Part shown: positions 1 to 12,220 of the stretch, in pieces | Position numbering within the stretch: position 1 is the stretch's first letter | How the letters are laid out: every line of letters begins with the position of its first letter | DNA from: Octopus vulgaris | Taxonomy: Eukaryota | Assembly (NCBI GenBank): GCA_951406725.2 | Contig: OX597814.1 | Span: 114,886,001 to 114,950,000 of the forward strand | Length of the DNA: 64,000 nt | Reading direction: 5' to 3' | Position numbers and translations under genes: made by a program | The notes under the pieces: model-generated | Databases searched by the model: none | Seen by the model: only the letters and a program-made list of their open reading frames with translations | What the model was told of the DNA's origin: nothing

Positions 1-36
1 AATAGGAATTTTTTTCTTTTGCCCTTATTTATAAAG

Positions 37-37
<1 letters not shown>

Positions 38-84
<47 letters not shown>

Positions 85-272
85 GTGTGTGTGTGTGTGT
101 GTGTGTATACTCCTACACATGCACACACACCAATATGTATATGTGTGTGCGATGTATTTGTCTGTCTGTCTGTATGTGTGTAAAAAAGAGGAAACACAGA
201 TACATAGCGCGATTCGCATCTATCTCTCTGACTCTCTCTATCTCCCTCTCTCTCTCCCTCTCTCTCTCTCTC
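38..272. repeat. Compound microsatellite (TA)n-(TG)n ... (CT)n
   Basis: Directly visible dinucleotide tracts. Confidence 0.95.
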
Positions 273-496
273 TCAATGCATTTCACATGCATATTTATAA
301 ACTTATAAACGACGATTAGGTTTCAGACCCGGCATACTTTTTGAACTATTGAGCATGCAGTGTGCATATACATAGATAATATATGTATAACCGAAAAACC
401 ATCTCGCATAACGCATAAGAGTATGAGCGTCCACGTATATGCATAGGAATTAGTATCTGTATTTTGTTCTGTCGTCTTAGTTTCTCACTCACTCAC

Positions 497-537
<41 letters not shown>

Positions 538-616
538 ATACATAAACACACACACACATGTATATATACTTATGTGCGTGTACATATGTAAATATATACG
601 TACATATACAAACATT

Positions 617-660
<44 letters not shown>

Positions 661-980
661 CAATGAATATGTAGGTGTGTATCTATGTATAAATACGTGT
701 GTGTGTGAATGTGCATGTATGTATGTGTATACATTTGAGCGTGTGCATGTAAGTAACCATATAGAGTAATGATGTATAAATATCAATTCTTTACATACTA
801 TATATTACTATGTGTAACAAGTGAGATAAAGAAAGAAAGAGAATACATGACCAGGTATGTGTTGATAACTATTCGTATAAACGTAGAAAACACCTGCTTA
901 CGTCATAGTCAGGTTGCATACGTCTTAGAAGAATATTTATAATGGACTCAAGTTGATATCAGAAATGTGTTAACATTTAT

Positions 981-1206
981 ACTCTTTCTTTACTCGCTTT
1001 TACTTGTTTCAGTCATTTGACTGTGGCCATGCTGGAGCACCGCCTTTAGTCGGGCAAATCGACCTTAGGACTTACTCTTTGTAAGCCCAGTACTTATTCT
1101 ATCGGACTCGCTTTTGTCGAACCGCTAGGTTCGGAGACATAAACCCACCAGCATCGGTTGTCAAGCGATGGTGGGGGGAGAAACACAGATACAGAAACAC
1201 ATACAT

Positions 1207-1275
<69 letters not shown>

Positions 1276-1440
1276 GGTGACAGGCTTCTTTTAGTTTCCG
1301 CCTACCAAATCCACTCACAAGGCTTTGGCCGGCCCGAGGCTATAGTAGAAGACACTTGTCCAATGTGCCACACAGTGGGACTGAACCTGGAACCATGTGG
1401 TTGGTAAGCAAACTACTTACCACGCAGCCACTCCTACGCC
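981..1440 (-). mobile_element. SINE family A, full length (tRNA-like head, internal microsatellite, LINE-like tail)
   Basis: Reverse complement of the 45664-46096 copy; head GGCGTAGGAGTGGCTGCGTGGTAAG, tail GGCGGTGCTCCAGCATGGCCACAGTCAAATGACTGAAAC. Confidence 0.9.
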
Positions 1441-2689
1441 AATATTCTATATTGCTGAGGAAGCAACATACTAAAATGACAAACACACACACTCACACAC
1501 ACAGTCGCGCGTGCATGAACACATATACGCACACGCCCGCGCGCTGCACGCGCACAGCAGCAGCAGTAATTATGTATATTTAATGCAGCTATCTCACTGA
1601 TTTTGAGTGATTTAATAGGAATGTACGTACAAACATGGTGCTTATGTCTTGTGTATCCTATATGGATGTATGTGTGTGCGCGCGTTTGTGTTTATTAATA
1701 AGCATAATTAGACATGCATTTTGCATACATACAAACATGCATATATACATAGATTCATATATACATACATATATGTATACATGCATTTATACATGCATAC
1801 TTACGTACGCATGAATGTATGTATGTATTAGTATACCTATACATAAATTTGTGCTTGTGTGATTGTTTATATGCATACACACACACACACACACACATAT
1901 ATGTATGTATAAGCATAGACATGCATTTGTGTGTGTGCATATATATATAAATGTGTATGTATGTGTGTATCTGTATGTATGTATGTATATATGGATATAT
2001 GATTGTATAATTAATGCATAAATATATTCATACATACATGAGGATTATGTTTCTTCTACAGGTGTGTTTATGTTTGTGTGTATACACACATACACACACA
2101 CATATTGCATTATATTAAATTATATTGAAGAATAATTAATTATATTTGTTTCAGATAATTACATAAAAGGAACAATCTGAGAGTCAGTTTAGTAGGTGAC
2201 GTTTTGCACCTGCATAGATCTTAGCATGATTCTGTATTAACCCAAAAGAGAGATTCCTTTTTTTCTAGTTTAAACACGGGAGGTCAATGGGAAAATAATA
2301 AGGCACATGGTCATTTAATTTAATACTTGAAAATATCTTACTATATATATTGACCCTATTCGTAATCAGATCGAATTGGCTCGATGTCGTTGACATGGTA
2401 ATGTAGGGGCATTGGCATATATCTAAGTTCACATACATATAAAAATGTATGCATATATACACATATACATATTTCATATGCATGCATTTATAGGTATGTA
2501 TGTTAAAGGGATCTAAAAAAAAACAATGTCGGTTGTCAAGCGTTGGAAGAGCACAAAAACAACGACACACATGCACACCCAAACATACAAGAACGCGCGC
2601 GCACACACACACACATATATATCTATAAATATATACACACACACACTTACACAAAGTCATTGGTTGGTCTCGGGCTATAGTAATATAAC

Positions 2690-3290
2690 TTTGATAGGTT
2701 TCGGCCAGTATAGGTCCCGGCCATGTCTAACTTAATAGCACCACTTGGTGAAGTCTTTTAGTCATATATGAGGCACCATGGCCCACTCTAGCAAAGAATT
2801 ATTATTGTTGCAGACATATCCGGTCGTAGGAGGTTGGTGAGGGATTTTTTTTTTTTTGAAGAGATTTTTCCAGTGAACATTTGAATTTAATGGGATCCGT
2901 ATCCGTTTTGATGTATTTTGGTATGGTATTAAAGAGAGCTGGACCGGTTGAGGTAAAGTAATTGTGACGTAATGTTGCCATGTGTACTGAGTCCACTTTT
3001 TGAAGTTGATGCCTACATCATTTGTACAATATTGATGGGGTATTTTCTATATCACACAAATGAGGTAGCCCTCCCGGCGGCGTTGAAGAGAGTAGAGATT
3101 GACTATTTTCGTCGACCCCAATAATCAATGCCTCTTATGCAGTCTATCTTTCCTGTTATTGACCTCTGGAGTGCTTCTATTTTCATAATGAGTTGCTTCA
3201 TATGGGGGAACCACAGTGAGCAACAGTATTCAAGGTGGGGTCAGGCAAAAGTAGAGTAGAGAAGGATGATGGTGTAAGCATCTCTAGAAT
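2690..3290 (-). mobile_element. CR1/L2-group LINE 3' fragment, decayed
   Basis: Minus-strand translation gives PHLEYCCSLWFP, LYSLQRRRE, FTSTGPALFNTIP; 3' UTR matches the 26765 and 35201 copies. Confidence 0.85.
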
Positions 3291-3324
3291 CCATGAGCAC
3301 ATCCTGCAGGCCAAGTGAACTTTG

Positions 3325-3405
3325 CTGTTTACGTGGGGTACTGCGCAATGGGACTGAACCCAAAACCACGTGGATGCGAAGCACCATTATAAACTACACA
3401 GCCTC
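3325..3405 (-). mobile_element. SINE family A head fragment, decayed
   Basis: TGGGACTGAACCCAAAACCACGTGG resembles the reverse-complemented family A head. Confidence 0.6.
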
Positions 3406-3465
<60 letters not shown>

Positions 3466-3477
3466 CTGTACATGAAG

Positions 3478-3688
3478 GGGCAAGCAAGCAGGATCGTTAC
3501 CATACCAGTCAAAATACTTAACACCATTTCGTCTTTACGTTCTGAGTTCAAATTCCATCAATGTCGACTTTACCTTTTATCTTATTGGAGTTGATGAAAT
3601 AAATACCAGTTGTACACTGGCATCAATAGGATCGACTAGCTCCCTTCCCTAAAAGGTTTTAGGCCTTCTGTCTACACTAGAAAGGAAA
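3478..3688 (+). mobile_element. SINE family B monomer, decayed
   Basis: TTTACGTTCTGAGTTCAAATTCC...GTCGACTTT...TACCAGTT...GGCCTT..TAGAAAGGA motifs shared with the 59523 copy. Confidence 0.8.
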
Positions 3689-3740
3689 TATAAATTACAT
3701 AAACACACACGCACGCAAATTATGGATGTGTGTGTGTGTT

Positions 3741-3785
<45 letters not shown>

Positions 3786-4202
3786 GCATATATATTTGTA
3801 ACAGACTCCCCTTTGGTCACTATATTACTAGGATTCGGCGCAGACGTTGAACTATAAGCATTCCCGCTGATTTCAATTCTTTCTTCATCGCATCAACCTC
3901 CCGCAAGGGCTCGGCAAAGTGTGATGTGTTTAAATTTCATCGATGAATTCGCTTACAGTGGTTAAAAGTTCTAACTATTAGTTATGTTTTCATATATCTA
4001 GGCACGTCATGCATGAGTATTAGTTAAAGCTTATTGGATATCATTTAAATTTACAGCTTGTCATGTGGTATCTTACGTCATACGGGACTTTACGTATGCG
4101 ATTGACGTCAGTTACTACAACACATATACGTAAATACAGAAGAGTGCGTGCGTGTATATATATATATATTTATATATATACATGTGTGTGTGTGCGTTCG
4201 TG

Positions 4203-4242
<40 letters not shown>

Positions 4243-4367
4243 CTATGTTAGTATGTTATACATACATACACATAAACATGACGCACTATAGTTTCGACAT
4301 GTTTGTTGTAAGGTTGAATTTATTGATATATGAAATTGTACACACATGCACTTATATTTAATGTGCG

Positions 4368-4408
<41 letters not shown>

Positions 4409-4429
4409 ATGTGTGTGTGTGTATGTATG

Positions 4430-4636
4430 TGTGTGTGTATATATCCACCCCCACCCCCCCCTTAACAACTGATGATAGTGTGTTTCTGTTCCCGTAACTT
4501 ACCAGTTCCGCAAAGGAGACCGATAGAATAAGTATTAGGCTCACAAAGAATAAGTCTTGGGGTCAGTTTCTTCGACTAGACAACCCTTTACGGTGGTTCT
4601 TAAGAATGGCCCCAGTCGCCAAATTACTGAAACACG
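4430..4636 (+). mobile_element. SINE family A 3' half
   Basis: CCCGTAACTTA...GAGACCGATAGAATAAGTA...ACAAAGAATAAGTC. Confidence 0.85.
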
Positions 4637-4668
4637 TATAATAATTTAAGAAAAAAAATATAAATATA

Positions 4669-4722
4669 CATGGCCCCTGCGCAAGGATGACACACAAATA
4701 CGTGAAGCGTTCCATATTTTTT
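4669..4722 (+). pseudogene. U6: U6 snRNA 3'-half retrocopy
   Basis: CATGGCCCCTGCGCAAGGATGACACACAAATACGTGAAGCGTTCCATATTTTTT matches the conserved metazoan U6 3' half with two substitutions (comparison from memory); 5' stem and ACAGAGA box absent. Confidence 0.93.
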
Positions 4723-4778
4723 ACAGCGGTGGTGCCCGAGCATGGCCGCGGCCTTCGGGCTAAAACATTTTTAAGGAT
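4723..4778 (+). mobile_element. LINE/SINE-type 3' tail fused to the U6 fragment
   Basis: GCGGTGGTGCCCGAGCATGGCCGCGGCCTTCGGGCTAAAACAT has the same GGTGC..CATGGCC-hairpin-AAAC layout as the SINE A and LINE tails. Confidence 0.75.
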
Positions 4779-4840
4779 ACATACATACATACATACATAC
4801 ATACATACATACATACATACATACACACACATAATGCAAA

Positions 4841-4958
4841 TTTATTATTCTTAAAATAGAAAAGTACTGACAGCGACATCGAAGTTTCCGTTAGATAAGC
4901 TATTTTGAAACTCCGAAGTCACTGTCAGTACTAATACTATTCTTGATAATGAATAATA
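4841..4958. repeat. Imperfect inverted repeat (fold-back)
   Basis: AGTACTGACAGCGACATCGAAGTTTC pairs with GAAACTCCGAAGTCACTGTCAGTACT. Confidence 0.8.
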
Positions 4959-4972
4959 TATATATTATGACA

Positions 4973-5118
4973 GTGAGGTAAGAAGCTTGCTTCCCAACCA
5001 CATAGTTCCGTGTCGAGTCTCACAGCGTGGCACTTTGCGTAAATGTTTTCTACTATAGCCTCGGGCTCTCCAAAACCTTGTGGATTTCGTAGATGGAAAC
5101 TGAATGAAGATAGTCACG

Positions 5119-5150
<32 letters not shown>

Positions 5151-5350
5151 CGTGTGTGTGTGTGCGTGTGTGTGTGAACGTGTGTGTTTATGCCGGTGTT
5201 GGTGTTGATGTTTAAGCCACCATGGTTCGGCAAAAGGGAGGAGAAAAGAAGTAACAGGCATTAAAAGAATAGGTCCTGGGTTCGATTTGTTCGACTAAGA
5301 TTCTACGATGCGATGCTCCGGCATGACCGCATTCAAATGACTGAAACAAA
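4973..5350 (+). mobile_element. SINE family A, diverged
   Basis: GGTAAGAAGCTTGCTTCCCAACCACAT head, internal (TA)(TG) tract, CATGACCGCATTCAAATGACTGAAAC tail. Confidence 0.85.
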
Positions 5351-5391
5351 CATTATATATGTATATATATATATATATAAATATATATATA

Positions 5392-5568
5392 ATTAATAAA
5401 GACAAAAACGAAGATAAAGACACAAGAAAAAGATAACACGGGGACGTGGTACATGCAACGTATTAAAAGAAGCTCAGGGAAGGAAATAAAGGTTGTTTTA
5501 TGTTTTGACCAAAGCTCTTCAGAAACAGGAGAATGAGGAGGAAAAAATGGAAGACGTAGGAAAAAAAT

Positions 5569-5571
<3 letters not shown>
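5392..5571 (-). mobile_element. Short microsatellite-embedded element with decayed hammerhead-like motif (same family as 12221-12411)
   Basis: Minus strand GTTTCTGAAGAGCTTTGGTCAAAACATAAAAC..CCTGAGC..CCACGTCC is colinear with the 12221 element; flanked by (TA)n. Confidence 0.65.
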
Positions 5572-5612
<41 letters not shown>

Positions 5613-5692
5613 CAAACATACATACATACATACATACATACATACATACATACATACATACATGCATACATATATATGCATATATAATATAT

Positions 5693-5765
<73 letters not shown>

Positions 5766-5838
5766 AACGCACGTATATATATAGGTATATATATATATAT
5801 ATATATACATACAAATATATATATATATATATATATGC

Positions 5839-5874
<36 letters not shown>

Positions 5875-5960
5875 GTGTATCTATGTGCATAAATATATTC
5901 GTTTTGTATATATATATGTATATATATGTATACATATATATACATATATATATATATACA
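5572..5960. repeat. Compound (TA)n/(CATA)n microsatellite
   Basis: Directly visible. Confidence 0.95.
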
Positions 5961-6439
5961 TAAATAAAGGCGCATGAGGTAAAGTAATGTGGTTAGAGCC
6001 ACAATATACACCCACAATATACATTTCTTTGTGTGTGCTTATATGACTGGATCTCATATGAACACGGATATATCTGTAGACATTTCCCGTTTTAAATTCT
6101 ATTCGGTGGTGGATATCTCACTGAACGGCACCGAAACTACCTTACTCTGTGTTTCCCCTATTTTATTCACCCGTTCTTATTACATTACGAGTATTATGAT
6201 AATATTACTTACATTTACATGAGATGTATTTAGAGTGCACGCAAATTTTCAGCATGACAGAGGTAAATGCGTGCGAGTATACATTACATACATTTGGATA
6301 TTTCATTGATTTACGAAAAGAGGAAAAGTGTATTTTTAGCGTGTTGCTTGGTGTGTGCGTGTGTGTGAGCGCGCGCGCGTGACTCTGTGCGCGCGTATCT
6401 GTGTGCCTGTGAGTTTAGAAAGATACATGAAAAATTGAA

Positions 6440-6447
6440 TATATCTA

Positions 6448-6536
<89 letters not shown>

Positions 6537-6545
6537 CTCTATCTA

Positions 6546-6615
<70 letters not shown>
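6440..6615. repeat. (TCTA)n/(TCTG)n tetranucleotide repeat
   Basis: Directly visible. Confidence 0.95.
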
Positions 6616-6616
<1 letters not shown>

Positions 6617-6751
6617 CCCTATCTGTGTGTGTGTATAGAGAGAGAGGGAGAGAGAGTTTGATAGATAGATAGAAAGATAGATATACAACTGTATGCATAT
6701 ACATATATAAGTATGTAGATAGAAGCGCGCGCACACACACACAAACACACC

Positions 6752-6783
<32 letters not shown>

Positions 6784-7795
6784 TACATAGATCACGGAAA
6801 AAAAGTGCATCTTTAGGGTGTGGTTTAAATATGGAACCACGTGAACAACAGTACATTCTGGAACTGCCGATTATACTCCAGAAAATATCTAACTGTGCTA
6901 ATAGCACATCATATTGCATGGCCCTATGTGCGTGTATTACAAGTATTATTTATAAATCCTTGTTAGATATAATGAAAATCGACAGTAATAGATATTAATA
7001 TGTTGTAAACTATAAAGTTGCTTATCGTTTTGACTGAAATAGAAATTTCTCTGCAGATATATCCATATCTATCATGACCTCTAATAATATAGATCAATCA
7101 TATTCTCATATATTTATCCATTTCCGTTGTCGTAGGAGGGCAGCTCATATGTTGTTTTCCATATAATGTTTCTTTGCATTATATTCTTTCTTAACAATGA
7201 TGCGATTATGTCCCCTGTAACTCCTACATTTCTAAATATGTGCTCCCATTACAAAAACCTAACTATCTAAAACGCAAACATTACGCACGCACTTATTTTA
7301 TATTTAATAGCTTCACCCAGACCCGACCCCGTTAGTTAAAAACACATGATAACATTTAATTGATTTCGATAGATTTGATACTCTACTCTTTCGTGAACTT
7401 CCAATGCTGCCATCCACACTTTTCCTTCCGCATATTTACTTTGCGTGGCTTCCACCTACAAGCTTAGGCTTTCTCCGTAACCTTGAATGTGTTTGACATG
7501 ATGAAGACGGAATAATTATTTCTGCAACATGATTCATTTTGTCTTTGTCTTATACGTTTCATTACAAATAATATTGTTTATTTTCGCAACAAATTACTAG
7601 ATAACAAAGTTTTCTTATCACATTCCATTACAGTATCAGTGTTCGTACATGACATAATTGAAATCAATCTTAATTAAATGAAGGAAAATGATATAAGATT
7701 TATTTTAAAACTGTTTCTAGATTGTTCGCATTTATATAAATTTCTTTTTGCTTTGAGAAGCTACAAGATCCTTTATCGTCGAGAAACAAGATATG

Positions 7796-7831
<36 letters not shown>

Positions 7832-7833
<2 letters not shown>

Positions 7834-8035
7834 TTTTACTTGTTTCAGTCATTTGACTGCGGCCATGCTGAAGCACCGCCTTTAGTCGAGCAATTTGATT
7901 CCAGGACTTATTCTTTGTAAGCCTAGTACTTATTCTATCGGTCTCTTTTGCCGAAACGCTAAGTTACGGGGACGTAGACACACCAGCATCGGTCATCAAG
8001 CGATGTTTGGGGAACAAACACAGACACACAAACAT
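7832..8035 (-). mobile_element. SINE family A 3' half
   Basis: Near-identical to 1000-1200. Confidence 0.9.
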
Positions 8036-8090
8036 ACATACATACATACATACATAAATACATATATATACAGAGAGAGAGAGAGAGAGA

Positions 8091-8221
8091 GTAGAACCAC
8101 CTCAGTTTTTGAACAACTCTGATCACGAATAAATCGTGCTTATATATATCTATCTATCTATATATATATATACAAAGCACAATTTATTCATGGTCAGAGT
8201 TGTTCGGAAAACGAGTACTAC
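8091..8221. repeat. ~50 bp inverted repeats flanking a (TA)/(TCTA) spacer
   Basis: GAACAACTCTGATCACGAATAAATCGTGCTT pairs with AAGCACAATTTATTCATGGTCAGAGTTGTTC. Confidence 0.85.
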
Positions 8222-8248
8222 AATATAATATATATACAGACAGACAGA

Positions 8249-8367
<119 letters not shown>

Positions 8368-8506
8368 GTTAGAGATATCCGAAATGTGACCTCTTTACAA
8401 AGACTTAATTTCCAATGAGATGGATTTGAAAATAGTGAAAATATTACGTACTGCTGGCAGTCAAATAAATAATTACATTTTAACTCATATGACTCGATAA
8501 AATATT

Positions 8507-8902
8507 CTTTTCTACTCTGGACACAAGGCCCGAAATTTTGGGGAAGGGGCCAGTCGATCAGATCGACCCCAGTACGCAACTGGTACTTATTTTATCTATC
8601 CCGAAAGGACAAAAGTCAAAGTCGACCTCGGTGGAATTTGATCTCAGAACGTAAAGACAGACGAAATACCTATTTCTTTACTATCCACAAGGGGCTAAAC
8701 ACAGAGAGGACAAACAAGGACAGACAAACGGATTAAGTCGATTATATCGACCCCAGTGTGTAACTGGTTCTTATTTAATCGTCCCCAAAAGGATGAAAAG
8801 GAAAATCGACCTCGGCGGAATTTGAACTCAGAACGTGGCGGCAGACGAAATACCGCTAAGCACTTTGCCCGGCGTGCTAACGTTTCTACCAGCTCGCTAC
8901 CT
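8507..8902 (-). mobile_element. SINE family B dimeric copy with 17-bp TSD
   Basis: Reverse complement of the 29788 copy; TGACTCGATAAAATATT repeated at 8490-8506 and 8903-8919. Confidence 0.9.
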
Positions 8903-9696
8903 TGACTCGATAAAATATTATATTAATATCACTTTGGCCATGATATATTAAATAACACCTTCAATGTTATCAGATTTCAACAAAAGGGCATTCTGTCAAC
9001 CAAACAATCTGCAATAGTATATTACTATAAAATGATATAAAAGGAGGTTGTATGTTGTTTGGTACTATTATCCAGATATTACCGAACATAATTATAAAAG
9101 TTTTAGTATGTGTACTCTGTAACCTAATGCCCAGAGTAAAAGCGAAGGTAAAAATAATCGACATTTAATAGGCAATCAAATGAAAAGTACGAAATATACT
9201 GAAATAAAAGCGGTGAAGCAAAACTGTTATCTGGATCACAGCAAGTGTAAGAAATATATACAGAAAAACTTAAACGATGCTGTATATTTAGATTAGCACG
9301 AGGCCATTGATTTTGAGGCGATATGTAATCGATTTAATTAACTCCAATACTTGACTGGTGCTAATTTATCGATCATGAAGGGATGACAGGAAACAAACCC
9401 CGGGCAGTATTTGAACTCAAAGCGGAAAGCGACCTGACTAGCTGTGTCAAGTTGGTGTAACGACATACTACTCGATCTACCACTCCATCTCTCCACCTCC
9501 TTCAAATCAAACCTAATACGAAATGATGGGAAATCGTAAAAACCGCAGACTGAAGTATATAAAGATCATGTCTACCTGTCTGTTGTCTGTCTGTCTGTAT
9601 GTATGTATGTCTGTAAGTATGCATGTGTACACATTTGTACGACCGTGCATATATTAGTATGTATATGCATATATGCATGCGTAAATATATAGATAC

Positions 9697-9743
<47 letters not shown>

Positions 9744-9802
9744 CAGACAGACAGAGATAGAAAGAGAATGAGATACATATATATATGTATATATCAATAT
9801 AT

Positions 9803-10108
9803 GGAGGCGCAATGGCCTAGTGGTTAGGGCAGCGGACTCGCGCTCGCAGGATCGCGGTTTCGATTCCCAGACCGGGCGTTGTGAGTGTTTATTGAGCGAA
9901 AAGACCTAAAAAGCTCCACGAGGCTCCGGCAGGGGGGGGGGTGATCCCTGCGGTACTCTTTCACCACTCTTTCTCTCACTCTTTCTTCTGTTGGCCTGCT
10001 CGCTTAGCCAGCGGGGTGGCGTCATTCGAAGGCTAAAACAATGCGAACGCATTGTGACCAGCGATGTCTAACAACATCTGCTGGTCTGGTCGGTCACGTG
10101 ATCACGTG
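9803..10108 (+). mobile_element. SINE family D, tRNA-derived, with TSD
   Basis: A box TGGCCTAGTGG, B box GTTTCGATTCC, GC-rich; ATATCAATATAT on both sides (9791-9802, 10109-10120). Confidence 0.85.
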
Positions 10109-10142
10109 ATATCAATATATATATAATTTGAAATATACATAC

Positions 10143-10189
<47 letters not shown>

Positions 10190-10237
10190 ATATATATTTA
10201 GTATATATATATATATATATATATGTTTGCGCGTGTG

Positions 10238-10272
<35 letters not shown>

Positions 10273-10284
10273 ATGTGTTTGCGC

Positions 10285-10322
<38 letters not shown>

Positions 10323-10675
10323 TATATCTTACTTACTATGCATATACTATCGAAAGCCGTAAAACTGAAGTATTCCTCTCGAGAAAGATTCTCGTATAAA
10401 CGTATAGTGCTAAAAGACAAAGCAACGTATCAGCATTGCTGAATTTTCTTCCTTTGTCTCTGTATACCATCGGCAGCAAATGTCCACTATCAGTCGCATG
10501 CTTAGACAAATTTCGTTCTACTGATATAGAAAAACCAGTGATTAATGAATCGCTGGCATCGCAAATAACTGGCGAGCTGATTCAAATTTCGCTGTTACCA
10601 AAGAAAGCATGTCGTATATATTGGTTATACGACAAAGCTTCCTCAAGACGAATACTGCAGTTTTGTGGTCACTGA

Positions 10676-11145
10676 CATACAAAACATACACACAACACAC
10701 ACGCACACACACAATACACACACACTCACACACAACACACACACACACTCACACACAACGCATGCACACAACACACACAACACACGCACACTCTCACACA
10801 CAACGCATGCACACAACACACACACAAAACACACACAACACACGCACACGCACGCACGCACACATGCGCGCGCGCACATACACGTAGCACACTCATGCAC
10901 ACAAACACACGCACACAACACACACACACACATACTCAACACACAGAGCACACATAACACGCACATACACACACACGCGCACATAAACAAAACACGCACT
11001 CATACACAACACACACACTCATACTTACACACACTCACACAACACACACTCACACAACATGCACACAACACGCACACAACACGCACACAACACACACACA
11101 ACACACACTCACGCACAACACACATAACACACATACATACACACA
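10676..11145. repeat. Degenerate (CA)n-rich low-complexity tract
   Basis: Directly visible. Confidence 0.95.
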
Positions 11146-11624
11146 TGGGGTGCACACCTATAGCGTGGGATCTTGGGCTTCTAATGTGACATGAATAAAC
11201 CGTAGCATGAATTTAATCACATCTATCGCTATAAAATTTTAGAATGAAAATCGAAATTAGGAAAATGTCTCCATACATAGTGTGCACGTGTGTCTGCATG
11301 CGTGGGCATGTGAGGGTATTTATGGTTGCATGTAACCAGTTGGGTGAGTGGTATTCATGCACATAAACGCTTAGGAATATATTTGTGACATTTTATGGAG
11401 ATACAGAGACTAATAATTATATCCAAAATAAATGCAATAGAAACATACTCGTATGATTTTAGAAAATACCATCCAAATATTTTGTGTTGTTAATAGGAAA
11501 TTGTGAATAAATGAAAAGATTATAATAGAAGGAAATATCGATGATCAGCCGCCATAGTAAGCTTTTGTCTATTTCTAACAAAGGCGCACGAAGCATGTGT
11601 ATGAATCTGTACATGGTTGTGTGC

Positions 11625-11656
11625 GTGTATATATATGTATACACACACACACATAC

Positions 11657-11699
<43 letters not shown>

Positions 11700-11712
11700 T
11701 TATATATATATG

Positions 11713-11745
<33 letters not shown>

Positions 11746-11746
11746 C

Positions 11747-11779
<33 letters not shown>

Positions 11780-12030
11780 GTGTGTATATATATGTATATA
11801 TATATGTATATATATGTATATGTATATATATATATGTATATATATGTATATATATGTATATATATATGTATATATATATGTATATATATGTATATATATA
11901 TGTATATATATGTATATATGTATATATATGTATATGTATATATATGTATATATATGTATATACATGTATATGTATATATATGTATATATGTATATATATG
12001 TATATATATATGTATATATGTATATATATG

Positions 12031-12063
<33 letters not shown>

Positions 12064-12154
12064 GTGTGTATATATATGTTATATATATGTATATATATAT
12101 ATATATGTATATATATATGTGTATATATGTATATATATATGTATATATATGTAT

Positions 12155-12202
<48 letters not shown>

Positions 12203-12220
12203 GCATATATATATATATGT
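11625..12220. repeat. Long (TA)n/TATG compound microsatellite
   Basis: Directly visible. Confidence 0.95.

Noticed and set aside
4669-4722. Functional U6 snRNA gene
   Set aside because: 5' half with the ACAGAGA box and upstream promoter are missing
9803-9875. tRNA gene candidates (also 15722, 62104)
   Set aside because: A/B boxes present but acceptor stems incomplete and each continues into a SINE body
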